64,000 nt of DNA from NCBI RefSeq assembly GCF_002087085.1, contig NZ_MWQY01000011.1:62001-126000 (forward strand). Direction: 5' to 3'. Below the pieces are notes generated by a model. That model saw nothing but the letters and a program-made list of their open reading frames with translations, searched no databases and was not told where the DNA came from. Of this stretch, positions 10,553 through 20,609 are shown piece after piece. A program made the position numbers and the translations under genes. Numbering within the stretch: the stretch's first letter is position 1; every line of letters starts with the position of its first letter.

Positions 10553-11665
10553 ATGGGAGTATGGAAAGTATATCTGGCCATGGTGCTTGGTTTCGGGATC
10601 TCACTTTTGTGGGCCGATCCTCTGGAAATAGCCCCGGAGCAGCTTGTAATTACCCAGAGCCTTGACGGCGGTTATGACCTGTATGTTCAGGCGGTACCCG
10701 GGCGCGGTTCTGTTCTTTTAACGGAATCGACTGAAGATCCCGAACGGGAGACTGCGAGTTACGCCTACCGCAATCCGGAATATCACCGGGCCAATGGGGA
10801 TGAAAAACGCCTTCTGAACGGTGTGTTTCTCGAAGAAACCCGTGGTCACTCCCTTGTTGATTCCACCCCGGAAGAGCATCCTGAACTGGGGCAGGCTTTT
10901 CACATATTCATTCCCTATCTTGTGCTGTACGGGTACCCCTGGACCAGGTCCGGGGAGGTACAGGTGCTGGACGGAACCTACCTGAGTATCCGGGCATTTG
11001 AAAAACCCTTTGCCGACTATACCGCTGGGTTCCGGGACAACCCCTTTGTCCTGAAGGTGATCCAGAAACCCTTTGAGGGTCCACCGGAGGGTAATTATAT
11101 GGATGCCACCGTGGAGGCCTACCGGGAGATCAGTGATGCAGGCAGGGGAAAGCTTATATATTCACGGGGAGAAGATGACATTCTGGAAAAGATTGCCGGA
11201 ATTATCGATGAGGCTCCGGGACGCAGCATGGACCTGGTGCTGGCCCTTGATACGACCCAGAGCATGACCAACGATATGCCTCATCTTCGAAAGAGTCTGG
11301 TCCCGCTGTTGCGGGAAAAGTCCAAAGGCTTTGATTCCCTGCGTGTGGGGGTTGTCCTGTACAAGGATTACGACGAGGAGTATGTTACCGATGTCTATCC
11401 TTTTCAGGCCGGCGGGGTGGAAACAGTACAGCGGATTCTGGATCGCATTCGGGTGTACGGCGGCCGAGATATTCCCGAGGCAGTCTATGAAGCCCTGTAT
11501 GCGGGCATCCATTCCTATCCATGGAGTGCCGAACGGAGGCTGATTGTGCTGGTGGGAGATGCTCCCCCTCATCCGCGACCCCGGGGAAAGGTGACCAAGG
11601 AAATGGTCTACGAGGATGCGGAAAGCCGGGATGTTGAGCTGTATACGATTATTCTACCCCAATAG
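10553..11665 (+). CDS. Exported von Willebrand factor A domain protein
   Basis: Signal peptide; MIDAS-like DTTQSM, GGRDIPE and VGDAPPH motifs; start could be 10535. Confidence 0.8.
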   Translation: MGVWKVYLAMVLGFGISLLWADPLEIAPEQLVITQSLDGGYDLYVQAVPGRGSVLLTESTEDPERETASYAYRNPEYHRANGDEKRLLNGVFLEETRGHSLVDSTPEEHPELGQAFHIFIPYLVLYGYPWTRSGEVQVLDGTYLSIRAFEKPFADYTAGFRDNPFVLKVIQKPFEGPPEGNYMDATVEAYREISDAGRGKLIYSRGEDDILEKIAGIIDEAPGRSMDLVLALDTTQSMTNDMPHLRKSLVPLLREKSKGFDSLRVGVVLYKDYDEEYVTDVYPFQAGGVETVQRILDRIRVYGGRDIPEAVYEALYAGIHSYPWSAERRLIVLVGDAPPHPRPRGKVTKEMVYEDAESRDVELYTIILPQ

Positions 11666-12062
11666 ATATTTCAGCGGCCTCGATCTTTGCCAGCACCTTG
11701 CGGGAAAGGATCAGGGGCCACTCCTTGAGTCGTGAAGCCTGTTCGGTTTCGTAGCGGGCGATTATTTCATTGAACATGGCTTTGGACGCCGCGTATTCTC
11801 CCTTCTTGTAATGAAGAAAGGCGATCTCGTAATCCGCTTCCACATTTCCCTGCAGATCCTCAGGGTGACGTTCCTTGAAGGTCTGGTAGTATACCAGGGC
11901 AGTTTCGTAGTCGTTTCGCTGGGCTACCGCTTCCTGGGCCCGCTGAAAATATTCCATGGGAGACAGGTCCTCAGGGATATCTTCCGGTGCCGGAACACTG
12001 ATACAGGACGAGATGAATACCATTATAAGCAGGGCAGAGAGTACCGCGATTCCGTGTTTCAT
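11649..12062 (-). CDS. TPR-like lipoprotein
   Basis: Lipobox-like ISSC; TPR-like helices (YFQRAQEA, ADYEIAFLHYKKG). Confidence 0.75.
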   Translation of the reverse strand: MKHGIAVLSALLIMVFISSCISVPAPEDIPEDLSPMEYFQRAQEAVAQRNDYETALVYYQTFKERHPEDLQGNVEADYEIAFLHYKKGEYAASKAMFNEIIARYETEQASRLKEWPLILSRKVLAKIEAAEISIGVE

Positions 12063-12080
12063 GGAAAAAAGTTAAGCATA

Positions 12081-12392
12081 TTAATCGCGGCTTGTATAGA
12101 TTTCATCCTTGATGGGAAGGTTCTTTTTCAGGTCTTTAATAAACTCTTTGGGATCTCCCATGGGTTCATAGGCATCACAGGAGTCGAGACTGCGCCGGGC
12201 AACGGTGAAATATTTGTAGATCTTTTCTTCACCGAGCTTTTTGCGCCATTTTCCCGCATCACAGCGTACGCGAAGAGAATAGCGCACCCCCCCCAGGGGC
12301 TCCCTGACCAGCTTGCAGTGGACGCAGTTTGCGCAGTAGATCTTTCCGGACGTGGCGGCTTCTTCGTTCAAAGCTTCATCTTTTGCCGACAT
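12081..12392 (-). CDS. Small cysteine-rich hypothetical protein
   Basis: CANCVHC plus two more Cys; GGAGG RBS. Confidence 0.75.
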   Translation of the reverse strand: MSAKDEALNEEAATSGKIYCANCVHCKLVREPLGGVRYSLRVRCDAGKWRKKLGEEKIYKYFTVARRSLDSCDAYEPMGDPKEFIKDLKKNLPIKDEIYTSRD

Positions 12393-12473
12393 AGGTCCTC
12401 CATTTTTTCTTGCATAACGTTAACATCATCGACATGCAGCGGTCAATAGTTGAGTCTCCGGGGGGTATTCCGG

Positions 12474-14981
12474 TTATTTCCGCGCCTCCTCCAGAGTATT
12501 GATGGGGTCGTGCTCGGTGTCCACCGGACAGGGCTGTACGTTCCATATATCCTCGGCATATTGTCGGATGGTCCGGTCTGAGGAAAAATTCCCCGAATGG
12601 GCAATATTGAGTATCGCTTTCCGGTTCCAGTCGTCCCGGTTACGGTAGAGTTCCTGGACCTGCTTCTGGGCGTCCGCGTAGGACCTGAGATCCGCAAGGT
12701 GCATGTAGAAATCCCCCTGATCGAAGAGGGCCCGGCGCAGAGGCTCGAATATTCCCGGCTCGGAAAAGTTGAAATTTCCTGAAAACAGCAGGTCCACCGC
12801 CGCTTTTATTTCCTTGTCCCCGTTGTACAGGTCAAAGGGGGAGTAGCGGGGACGCAGGTCGGCCACCTCTTCCGCGGTCAGCCCGAAGATAAAGGCGTTT
12901 TCCCTGCCCACCTCGTCGATAATCTCGATATTCGCACCGTCCAGGGTACCCAGGGTAAGGGCACCGTTGCACATGAACTTCATGTTTCCGGTACCGGAGG
13001 CCTCGGTTCCTGCAGTGGATATCTGTTCTGAAACCTCGGCGGCGGGAAAGATCTTTTCCGCCAGGGAGACCCGGTAGTTGGGAATAAAGTAGACCCGCAG
13101 ATACCTGCTGGCCACAGGGTCTCCGTTGACCACCACGCTGATGTTATTGATCAGCTTGATTATGAGCTTTGCCAGCTGATAACCCGGTGCCGCCTTACCG
13201 GCAAAAAGGAAGGTCCGGGGAATCAGGTTTTTGGTTTCCCCCTTCCTGATGCGGTTATAGAGCATGACAATGTGCAGGGCATTCAGAAGCTGCCTCTTGT
13301 ATTCGTGAATACGTTTTATCTGCACATCGTAGATTGATCCGGGATTGATGACGAATCCGTGATCAGCGGCGAGTACCTCCGCCAGACGCTCTTTTGCCTC
13401 CTGCTTTACCTCTTCAAAGCGTTTTCGGAAAGCCGCATCCTCCGCCAGGGGAGCGAGTTTCTTCAGCCGGGTCATGTCGGTAATCCAGTCTTCACCGATG
13501 TGCTCAGTGATCAGTGAGGAAAGTGCTGGATTCGATTTCAGGAGCCATCGTCGCTGGGTAATTCCGTTGGTCTTGTTGTTGAAGCGTTCCGGATACAACT
13601 CCGCAAACTCCGGCACCACCCGGCTGCGCAGCAGGTCGGTATGAAGGGCCGCAACCCCGTTGGTGGAGTGGGTTCCCACGATGGAGAGGTGGGCCATTCT
13701 GATCTGCTTGGTGTCTCCCTCTTCCACAATACTCATCCGGTTCAGGCGCTGCATGTCTCCCGGGAAGGCGATGGATACCCGCTGGAGAAAATGGTGGTTG
13801 ATGTCGTAGATGATCTGCAGATGCCGGGGCAGGAGTTTCTCCAGCATCGGAACCGGCCACTTTTCAAGGGCCTCCGGCATCAGGGTGTGGTTGGTGTAGC
13901 CCAGGGATTTGATGGTGATGTCCCATGCCGTATCCCAGTCAAGCTGGTTTTCATCGATCAGAATGCGCATCAGTTCAGGCACTGCCAGGGAGGGATGGGT
14001 GTCGTTCAGCTGAATCGCCGCGTAGTCGGGGAACTCTCTCCAGGAATGTCCTCCCTTCTTGAAACGCCGTACGATATCGGCCAGGGAACAGGCGACGAAG
14101 AGGTACTGCTGTTTGAGCCGCAGCTCCTTGCCGAGATAGAGCTTGTCATTGGGGTAAAGCACCTTGGTAAGGTTTTCCGCACTGACCTTTGCGGCCACAG
14201 CTTCGACGTAGTCGCCTTCATTGAACTCGCTGAAATCGAACTCCTCGGCAGCCCTGGCGCTCCAGAGCCGCAGGGTATTGACGGTTTCTCCTCCGAAACC
14301 GACGATGGGTGTGTCGAAGGCTATGCCCAGAACCGGTGTGGTGTCCACCCAGTGGTATTTTCGCCGGCCCCGTTCAACGATGGTATCCACCCGTCCGCCG
14401 AAGTGTACCGGGACCACTATGTCCGGTCGTTCTATTTCCCAGGGGTTCCCCCGGCGAAGCCAGTCGTCCGGCTGTTCCACCTGCCAGCCGTTCTCTATCT
14501 GCTGTCGGAATATCCCGAAATCGTAGCGCAGGCCGTATCCGAAGGAGGGGAGGTTCAGGGTCGCCAGGGAATCGAGGAAACAGGCGGCCAGACGGCCGAG
14601 GCCTCCGTTTCCGAGACCCGCATCGATCTCCTCCTCCCGCAGCTCTTCCCAGCTGTAGCCCAGCTCGCTCAGGGCCTCTTCAACCGCCGGTTGAAGGTGC
14701 ATGTTGATTACATTGTTGCCCATGGAACGACCGATAAGGAACTCAAGAGAGAGATAGTAGACCCGCTTTACCTTTTGCTTGTAATGGGTCTGCTGGGTCT
14801 TCATCCACTGGTTCATGAGTCTGTCCCTGACCGTCAGGGCCAGGGCCATATATCTGTCGTAATTTGACGATGAGTAACGGTCCACGCCAAGGGTAAACTT
14901 GAGGTGTTCGGCGTAGCCCCAGGCAATGGATTCCGTGTCATGTCCCTGACGGGTAGGAATGGAAGGACGATTGTTTTCCAC
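12474..14981 (-). CDS. glgP: Glycogen/maltodextrin phosphorylase
   Basis: GLGNGGLGRLAACFLDS, QLNDTHP, KRIHEYKRQ, EASGTGNMKF. Confidence 0.97.
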   Translation of the reverse strand: MENNRPSIPTRQGHDTESIAWGYAEHLKFTLGVDRYSSSNYDRYMALALTVRDRLMNQWMKTQQTHYKQKVKRVYYLSLEFLIGRSMGNNVINMHLQPAVEEALSELGYSWEELREEEIDAGLGNGGLGRLAACFLDSLATLNLPSFGYGLRYDFGIFRQQIENGWQVEQPDDWLRRGNPWEIERPDIVVPVHFGGRVDTIVERGRRKYHWVDTTPVLGIAFDTPIVGFGGETVNTLRLWSARAAEEFDFSEFNEGDYVEAVAAKVSAENLTKVLYPNDKLYLGKELRLKQQYLFVACSLADIVRRFKKGGHSWREFPDYAAIQLNDTHPSLAVPELMRILIDENQLDWDTAWDITIKSLGYTNHTLMPEALEKWPVPMLEKLLPRHLQIIYDINHHFLQRVSIAFPGDMQRLNRMSIVEEGDTKQIRMAHLSIVGTHSTNGVAALHTDLLRSRVVPEFAELYPERFNNKTNGITQRRWLLKSNPALSSLITEHIGEDWITDMTRLKKLAPLAEDAAFRKRFEEVKQEAKERLAEVLAADHGFVINPGSIYDVQIKRIHEYKRQLLNALHIVMLYNRIRKGETKNLIPRTFLFAGKAAPGYQLAKLIIKLINNISVVVNGDPVASRYLRVYFIPNYRVSLAEKIFPAAEVSEQISTAGTEASGTGNMKFMCNGALTLGTLDGANIEIIDEVGRENAFIFGLTAEEVADLRPRYSPFDLYNGDKEIKAAVDLLFSGNFNFSEPGIFEPLRRALFDQGDFYMHLADLRSYADAQKQVQELYRNRDDWNRKAILNIAHSGNFSSDRTIRQYAEDIWNVQPCPVDTEHDPINTLEEARK

Positions 14982-15025
14982 AGGGCACCTCCGTAATGTT
15001 CCCTATAATAGTGTATACCGCGGCT

Positions 15026-16348
15026 TTACGCGAATATTTCCTCGTGTTCATCGAGTATTTCAATGCAGATGCTCGGTTCGCGGACGACGGGCAGCTTGTC
15101 CAGGGCGGCCAGGGCCGTTCGCAGGTTTCCTTCCCGTACACTGTGGGTGGTTATTACCACGGGAACGGCATCGGCTTTGTCGTTGTAGGGCTCTTTCTGG
15201 AGCACCGAAGAAAGGCTTATCTGGTTTTCTCCGAGAATCCCGGCTATCTGGGCAAACACTCCCGGCTGGTCTTCCACCATCAGACGCACGTAGTATCGGC
15301 CCTGGATGTCCTCCTGTGGCAGGAGGACGGCCTTCTTTGTCCTGTCGGGCCAGATGTTCAGGGTCGAGAAGACCGTGTCCGCGGTTCCCATACAGCTGGA
15401 GATGATATCCGCCGTAACAGCGCTTGCCGTCGGGCTGCCGCCTGCTCCGCGTCCGTAGTACATGGTGTGTCCCACCGCATGGCCGTATACGCTGACTGCG
15501 TTAAAGGGTCCGGAAACCCAGGCCAGGGGGTGTTCGGTGGATATGAACGCAGGCCGGACCCGCAGGGCGAGGCCATCTTCTTCGCTCTGGGCAATTGCGA
15601 GCAGCTTGACTACATAGCCGAGTTCCCGGCCGAAATTCAGGTCGATAAGCTTGAGGGAATCAATCCCCTGTACCGGGACAGATTCCAGGTCCACCCGCTG
15701 GGCGAATGCCAGGGACGACATGATGGCCAGCTTGTGGGCAGAGTCTCCCCCGGTAACGTCCAGGGTGGGATCGGCCTCCGCCAGGCCTGCCTCCTGGGCC
15801 TCCTTGAGGGCCTCCTGGTAACTGTTTCCCTTCTGCATCATCTCGGTAAGGATATAGTTGCAGGTTCCGTTGACTATACCGTAGAAGGCGTCGATCCGGT
15901 TGGGGAGAATCCCGTCGTATAGTGCCCGCAGAATCGGTATTCCCCCGCCGCAGGAGGCCTCAAAGGAGATGGAAACGCCGGCTTCTCTGGCAACGGCCAT
16001 GAGTTCGGCGCCGTGTTTTGCCAGAAGCGCCTTGTTTGCTGTAACAACCCGTTTTCCGGCTCTCAGGATCTTTTCGGTAAGGGTCCGGGCAATCCCGGTT
16101 CCTCCTATCAATTCCACTACAGCAAGCACATCCGGATCCGCAAGGACCTTGTCCAGTTCGGTCTCAAAGAGACCGGGATCCAGGTTCAGGGATTCAGCGT
16201 GGGAAAAATCCTTGTCCACAATGTAGCGCAGTTCAATATCAAGACCGGTCTTGGCGGCGAGCATTGAACGCTGGCTCAGAAGCAGGGCGGCGGTTGCGCC
16301 GCCGACAGTGCCGCAGCCAAGAATGGCGACAGCGGAGGGGCGTTTCAT
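15026..16348 (-). CDS. hom: Homoserine dehydrogenase with C-terminal ACT domain
   Basis: GCGTVG, VVTANKA, GIVNGTCNYIL, AEADPTLDV; ACT motif DQPGVFAQIA. Confidence 0.95.
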   Translation of the reverse strand: MKRPSAVAILGCGTVGGATAALLLSQRSMLAAKTGLDIELRYIVDKDFSHAESLNLDPGLFETELDKVLADPDVLAVVELIGGTGIARTLTEKILRAGKRVVTANKALLAKHGAELMAVAREAGVSISFEASCGGGIPILRALYDGILPNRIDAFYGIVNGTCNYILTEMMQKGNSYQEALKEAQEAGLAEADPTLDVTGGDSAHKLAIMSSLAFAQRVDLESVPVQGIDSLKLIDLNFGRELGYVVKLLAIAQSEEDGLALRVRPAFISTEHPLAWVSGPFNAVSVYGHAVGHTMYYGRGAGGSPTASAVTADIISSCMGTADTVFSTLNIWPDRTKKAVLLPQEDIQGRYYVRLMVEDQPGVFAQIAGILGENQISLSSVLQKEPYNDKADAVPVVITTHSVREGNLRTALAALDKLPVVREPSICIEILDEHEEIFA

Positions 16349-16380
16349 AGAGTCTCCTTGATTCAGACAGTACTGGGTCA

Positions 16381-16410
16381 ATCCTAGGCGGGAGGCTTAC
16401 AGCTTGTCAA
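16381..16410 (-). promoter_or_regulatory. Sigma70-type promoter for hom
   Basis: TTGACA-N18-TAGGAT. Confidence 0.55.
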
Positions 16411-16415
16411 GCTCT

Positions 16416-18209
16416 CTAGAAAAACGTTACTGCACCTTCCTGGGTTCCGGTTTCCACCGAGAAGCCGCCGATCTCTCCGGCCCGTGCCTTGTGGGCGTAG
16501 ATGGTAAACTGGTTGACGATCTCCTGCAGCCGTTGCTCCCGGATTTCCCATTTTTCCTGTCCCCGCTCATTGAGGATCTGGGCTTTGCGGGAGGCGGCGG
16601 AATGGGCGGTGCGTTCGAAGATTTCCATGATGGATCTGGCCTGCTGACTGAGTCCGGCCAGTCGTTCTCTGTCTGCGTCGGTGGAACCGAAGAGTTCCCG
16701 GAATTTGAGGTTGAAAAGGGTGAACCCCTGCATGGTACGGACAATCTCGTCGTTGGTATCCTTCAGTTTTCCGTAGAGGCGCTGAATCTCCAGGGTGAAA
16801 GAGGATACAAGGTCGGTTTCCTGGCGATAGGAGTCGCGAAAGCCTTCCTCCGCTTCCTGGGCAGTCTCTATGAACTCCTTGGTTGTCTCCAGGGCGCTCT
16901 CCACGTCGGAAAAAATGCGGTCCGTAAGGTTCCTCATCTCCTGGACCGTAGACTGCATTCCCTTGAGTATCTGCCGCTTGGCGACCTCTATGCGTGCCGC
17001 AACATGAATGTTCCTGAAACGTCCGACAAGGGTGGTGAACTTCTGAAAGCCCTCTTCCAGTCCCTGGATGCGGCCGAGAAACGCGGAGTTGGTGGTGCGC
17101 ATGTTCTGTTTCAGCTTCGGGACCTTGCGGGTGTTCTTTAACATGGCCCCCAGCTCGTTTTCCGACTGGTGAAACAGGTCGTAGATGCCGTCGTCCCTGG
17201 ATTCGCCCTCGATCTGCCGGGAAATGAAGATGTCCCGTTCGTGTTCTATGGTCTCGACGGCCTTTTTTACCTCTTCAATGCTGGAAACAAAGGTCTCGGA
17301 ATTCTCGGTGATCGCCGCGGCGATATTCTCAAGAAGGTATGAGCCGAGATTGGCCACCTGTTCGAGAAAGGTCAGTTCGTCCAGCAGCCAGTCCTCCCGG
17401 CCGTTGCCGTTATGAGAGTCATCGATGCTCTGGATCTTGTCCAGGGTTATGCTGATCTGGTCCACCGTCTGCCGGATAATGTCCTGGGTCTGAACAGCTT
17501 CCATCATCCGGATAAGGGGCTGCCGGATATCGTCCGCCCGGGTGCGCAGGGTCTTGAAGAAATTCACGATCCTGGTAAGGCGTTCTTCGATGGTGGAGAA
17601 GTAACTGAAGAGCTTGTCGCCGAAACTGTAGAATATTCTATCCTGTTCCTGGGTTATCATATCGGCGGTTCTCTGGACTTCCTCAAAATAGGATTGTATC
17701 TGTTTTCCCTCGGTGGTCAGGTTTTTCGCCTCTGATATGGTTTTAGCGGAGATCCGCCTCAGCTCATCGGTAACATGGGAAAACCCGCCGCCTTCCTGTC
17801 CCGCCTTCAGGGCGACTACCATGGCGTTGAGGGAGATGAGCTCCATCTCCTCGGTATTGAAGGTGATGGCGGCGATGAGCTCCTCCAGGGTATCAAGACG
17901 TTTGATACTCTGTTTCAGCATATCGAGCAGGCTGTTGTCGGAACTGCTCAGAGAAGAAAAGGAGCTGTGGGTCTGCTGAATACAGCCCTTCGTATTGTCC
18001 ATAATCATGTGCAGAGCGTCGAGTCCGTTGCCGCCTTCCGCCGCTATGAGGCTGATCTGTCTGTCCGCGTCGGTAAATCCGCTGTCGAACTCCTGCAGCA
18101 TCTTCGGATACTCTTCCGCTATGTGGGTATAGACAGCCTCGGTAGTTTCGATGAGGTCGTTCAGCTTGCCGGCAAGTTCTTGTCTGGTAGATTCCTGAAG
18201 TACATTCAC
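16416..18209 (-). CDS. Atypical cytoplasmic chemoreceptor-like (MCP-signal) coiled-coil protein
   Basis: ELISLNAMVVALKAGQEGGGFSHVTDELRRIS resembles the MCP hairpin tip; no transmembrane segment. Confidence 0.7.
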   Translation of the reverse strand: MNVLQESTRQELAGKLNDLIETTEAVYTHIAEEYPKMLQEFDSGFTDADRQISLIAAEGGNGLDALHMIMDNTKGCIQQTHSSFSSLSSSDNSLLDMLKQSIKRLDTLEELIAAITFNTEEMELISLNAMVVALKAGQEGGGFSHVTDELRRISAKTISEAKNLTTEGKQIQSYFEEVQRTADMITQEQDRIFYSFGDKLFSYFSTIEERLTRIVNFFKTLRTRADDIRQPLIRMMEAVQTQDIIRQTVDQISITLDKIQSIDDSHNGNGREDWLLDELTFLEQVANLGSYLLENIAAAITENSETFVSSIEEVKKAVETIEHERDIFISRQIEGESRDDGIYDLFHQSENELGAMLKNTRKVPKLKQNMRTTNSAFLGRIQGLEEGFQKFTTLVGRFRNIHVAARIEVAKRQILKGMQSTVQEMRNLTDRIFSDVESALETTKEFIETAQEAEEGFRDSYRQETDLVSSFTLEIQRLYGKLKDTNDEIVRTMQGFTLFNLKFRELFGSTDADRERLAGLSQQARSIMEIFERTAHSAASRKAQILNERGQEKWEIREQRLQEIVNQFTIYAHKARAGEIGGFSVETGTQEGAVTFF

Positions 18210-18216
18210 GCTGTCA

Positions 18217-18245
18217 ATTATAGGTCAGGATTATGCTGAAATCAA
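18217..18245 (-). promoter_or_regulatory. Sigma70-type promoter, probably leaderless, for the MCP-like gene
   Basis: TTGATT-N17-TATAAT, 7 nt before the GTG start. Confidence 0.65.
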
Positions 18246-18287
18246 TCGAAAAGCGATCCTCTCCAGGGCTGTTTCCCCGGTGGGGAC

Positions 18288-18314
18288 AAAAAAAGACCGG
18301 CCCCGAAGGGCCGG
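18288..18314 (-). terminator. Intrinsic terminator after the sugar ABC ATPase
   Basis: CCGGCCC-TTCG-GGGCCGG hairpin followed by TCTTTTTTT on the minus strand. Confidence 0.88.
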
Positions 18315-18334
18315 CAGGGACTAAAGGTCGGTTT

Positions 18335-19432
18335 TTATTTATACGGAATTGTTTTTTCGCTCTCCTGTTCGAAGAAGAGTACCTTGTTCATGTCGGGTTT
18401 CAGATAGATTGCGTCTCCCACCGAAGGCTGAACGCTCGGGGCGACCTTGGCAATCATGGTGTGTTTCTTTGTCTTTACATAGAGATGGGTCTCTGCTCCC
18501 AGGGGCTCGATGACTTCGACAGTGGCTTTGATAACCTTGTCGTCGGCGGTTTTGGTCTCGTAGAGGTCTTCCGGACGTACGCCGAAGGTTACCTCTTTGC
18601 CGACGTAACTCCTGATACTTTCCGCGTAGCGTCCTTCGATCTCGATGGAGAAATCCCCTTCGTCGGCAAACAGCTTGCCTCCCTCCTCCTTGATGGTGAC
18701 GTTGGCAAAGTTCATGGGGGGAGACCCGATAAAGCCGGCAACGAAGCGGTTGTTCGGTTCGTTGTAGAGATTGAGGGGGGTGCCGATCTGCTGGATAAGC
18801 CCGCCCTTCATTACGACGATCTTGTCCGCCATGGTCATGGCTTCCACCTGGTCGTGGGTTACATAGACCATTGTCGCCTGGAGCCGGTTGTGCAGGGCTG
18901 AAATCTCCGCCCGCATCTGGACCCTGAGTTTTGCGTCCAGGTTGGACAGGGGTTCGTCGAAGAGGAACACCTTGGGTTTACGTACGATGGCACGGCCTAC
19001 GGCGACGCGCTGGCGCTGACCGCCGGAAAGAGCCTTGGGCTTTCTGTCCAGCAGCTCCTCGATATCGAGGATCTGGGCGGCTTCCTTGACCCGGGCGTCG
19101 ATCTCGTTCTTTGGAAATTTCCTGATCTTGAGCCCGAAGGCCATATTGTCGTAGACCGACATGTGGGGATACAGGGCATAGTTCTGAAAAACCATGGCAA
19201 TGTCCCGATCCTTGGGGGGGACATCGTTGACGATTTTGCCGTCGATGGTGAGTTCACCCTCGGTAATGTCCTCGAGACCGGCGATCATGCGCAATGTCGT
19301 GGTTTTTCCACATCCGGAAGGGCCGACCAGTACTACGAATTCCCGGTCCTCTACAGTGATGTTCGCGTTGTCGACAGCGCGAACGTTCCCATCGTAAACC
19401 TTTACGATGTTCTTGAGTTCTACGTTAGCCAT
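18335..19432 (-). CDS. Carbohydrate ABC transporter ATPase (MalK/MsmX/UgpC family)
   Basis: [27 protein letters not shown]-terminal TOBE-like domain; no permease adjacent. Confidence 0.95.
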   Translation of the reverse strand: MANVELKNIVKVYDGNVRAVDNANITVEDREFVVLVGPSGCGKTTTLRMIAGLEDITEGELTIDGKIVNDVPPKDRDIAMVFQNYALYPHMSVYDNMAFGLKIRKFPKNEIDARVKEAAQILDIEELLDRKPKALSGGQRQRVAVGRAIVRKPKVFLFDEPLSNLDAKLRVQMRAEISALHNRLQATMVYVTHDQVEAMTMADKIVVMKGGLIQQIGTPLNLYNEPNNRFVAGFIGSPPMNFANVTIKEEGGKLFADEGDFSIEIEGRYAESIRSYVGKEVTFGVRPEDLYETKTADDKVIKATVEVIEPLGAETHLYVKTKKHTMIAKVAPSVQPSVGDAIYLKPDMNKVLFFEQESEKTIPYK

Positions 19433-19461
19433 TAATGACCTCCAATTATCTTATAAAAACC

Positions 19462-19490
19462 ATGGTACAGTGGAAAATTTCAGCTGTCAA
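19462..19490 (-). promoter_or_regulatory. Sigma70-type promoter for the ABC ATPase
   Basis: TTGACA-N17-TACCAT. Confidence 0.65.
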
Positions 19491-19504
19491 TGAAAAATGG
19501 CTGT

Positions 19505-20515
19505 CTATTTGCCGCTTACAGAGCTGTAATCGGCCCTGAGGGCCAGGCTTTTCCGGACCGGTTCCGCCTCCGGGTTATCCATCAGGTGCAGAAGAATCTG
19601 TGCAGAGCTGATCCCCAGTTCATAGTGGGGTTGAATCAGGCTGGCCATGCCGCTTGAAAATCCTTCCGGATCTCCTCCAAAGCGGATGACCGCGTAATCC
19701 CTGTTCAGAACCAGTCCTTTGCCGGTCAGGATTTCTTTTACCCGGAGGGACAGGCTGTAGGTTGTACAGAAAAAACCCAGTTTTTTTCCTCTGTGGGCTC
19801 GTACCGTATCCGCTAATGCCTTTTCAAGGTCACCTGCGTTTCGGTCCTGCCGGCCAAGAAGCAGGCGTCTGCATTCCGGTATCTGCCGGGTGAATCCGTC
19901 TATCCGCTCCCGCAGGGATGATGCACTTATATTCAGGGAAACCACGGTACAGACTTCGCAGCCCTGAGCGATCAGATACTCCGCTGCTGCGGTGCCCCCC
20001 TCCCTGTCTTCCTGCAGAACCCGGCTTCCTGTGTAGCCTTCGGGAATCCTGTCGATCATTACCAGGGGAAGCTTTTTTCCGGCGATCAGTTCCAGGTGAG
20101 GTCGCGGAGGAGATTCTGTTTCGTAGCCGCAGGTGGGTGCCATCAAAAGGCCGTCGATTCCCCGGCGCAGGAGTTCTTCCGTGTTACGGGCTTCCGTTTC
20201 ATGCCTGAAACGGCTGGTCATGAGAATCATCATATAGTTTTGCGCCGAAAGGACATCCTCGATTCCCCGCAGCATGTGAACCATGAAGCTTTCAAAAATA
20301 TCGGGAAAAATAATGCCGATGGTTCTGGAGCTGCCGGCATTCAGCGTCTGGGCAAAGTAATTGGGCGTATAGTTCTCTTTTTTTACGGTTTCGAGAATGC
20401 GGTTCTGGGTTTCCCGACTTATTCGATACTGATCTCCCTTGCCCTGGAGTACCAGGGAAACAGTGGTGCGGGAGACTCCCAGCTCCTGGGCAATGCTTTT
20501 CATGGTTTTTTTCAT
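19505..20515 (-). CDS. LacI-family transcriptional regulator
   Basis: TMKSIAQELGVSRTTVSLVL helix-turn-helix, YTPN hinge, sugar-binding domain. Confidence 0.92.
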   Translation of the reverse strand: MKKTMKSIAQELGVSRTTVSLVLQGKGDQYRISRETQNRILETVKKENYTPNYFAQTLNAGSSRTIGIIFPDIFESFMVHMLRGIEDVLSAQNYMMILMTSRFRHETEARNTEELLRRGIDGLLMAPTCGYETESPPRPHLELIAGKKLPLVMIDRIPEGYTGSRVLQEDREGGTAAAEYLIAQGCEVCTVVSLNISASSLRERIDGFTRQIPECRRLLLGRQDRNAGDLEKALADTVRAHRGKKLGFFCTTYSLSLRVKEILTGKGLVLNRDYAVIRFGGDPEGFSSGMASLIQPHYELGISSAQILLHLMDNPEAEPVRKSLALRADYSSVSGK

Positions 20516-20523
20516 GTCCCCTC

Positions 20524-20552
20524 ACTTTATAACTTGCGGGAATCTCTGACAA
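20524..20552 (-). promoter_or_regulatory. Sigma70-type promoter for the LacI gene (leaderless or very short leader)
   Basis: TTGTCA-N17-TAAAGT, 8 nt before the ATG. Confidence 0.55.
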
Positions 20553-20558
20553 GATTTA

Positions 20559-20582
20559 GAATGCTTACCTAGGTTAGCATTC
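20559..20582. promoter_or_regulatory. Palindromic operator, probably bound by the adjacent LacI regulator
   Basis: GAATGCTTACCTAGGTTAGCATTC, 24 bp with one mismatched pair, between the divergent genes. Confidence 0.75.
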
Positions 20583-20609
20583 AGGAATTCCGGAAAAGGA
20601 GATCTTTCC

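Noticed and set aside
14982..15005. GGGCACCTCC resembling the MITE end
   Set aside because: It is the GGAGGTG ribosome-binding site of glgP on the minus strand; there is no partner repeat or target duplication
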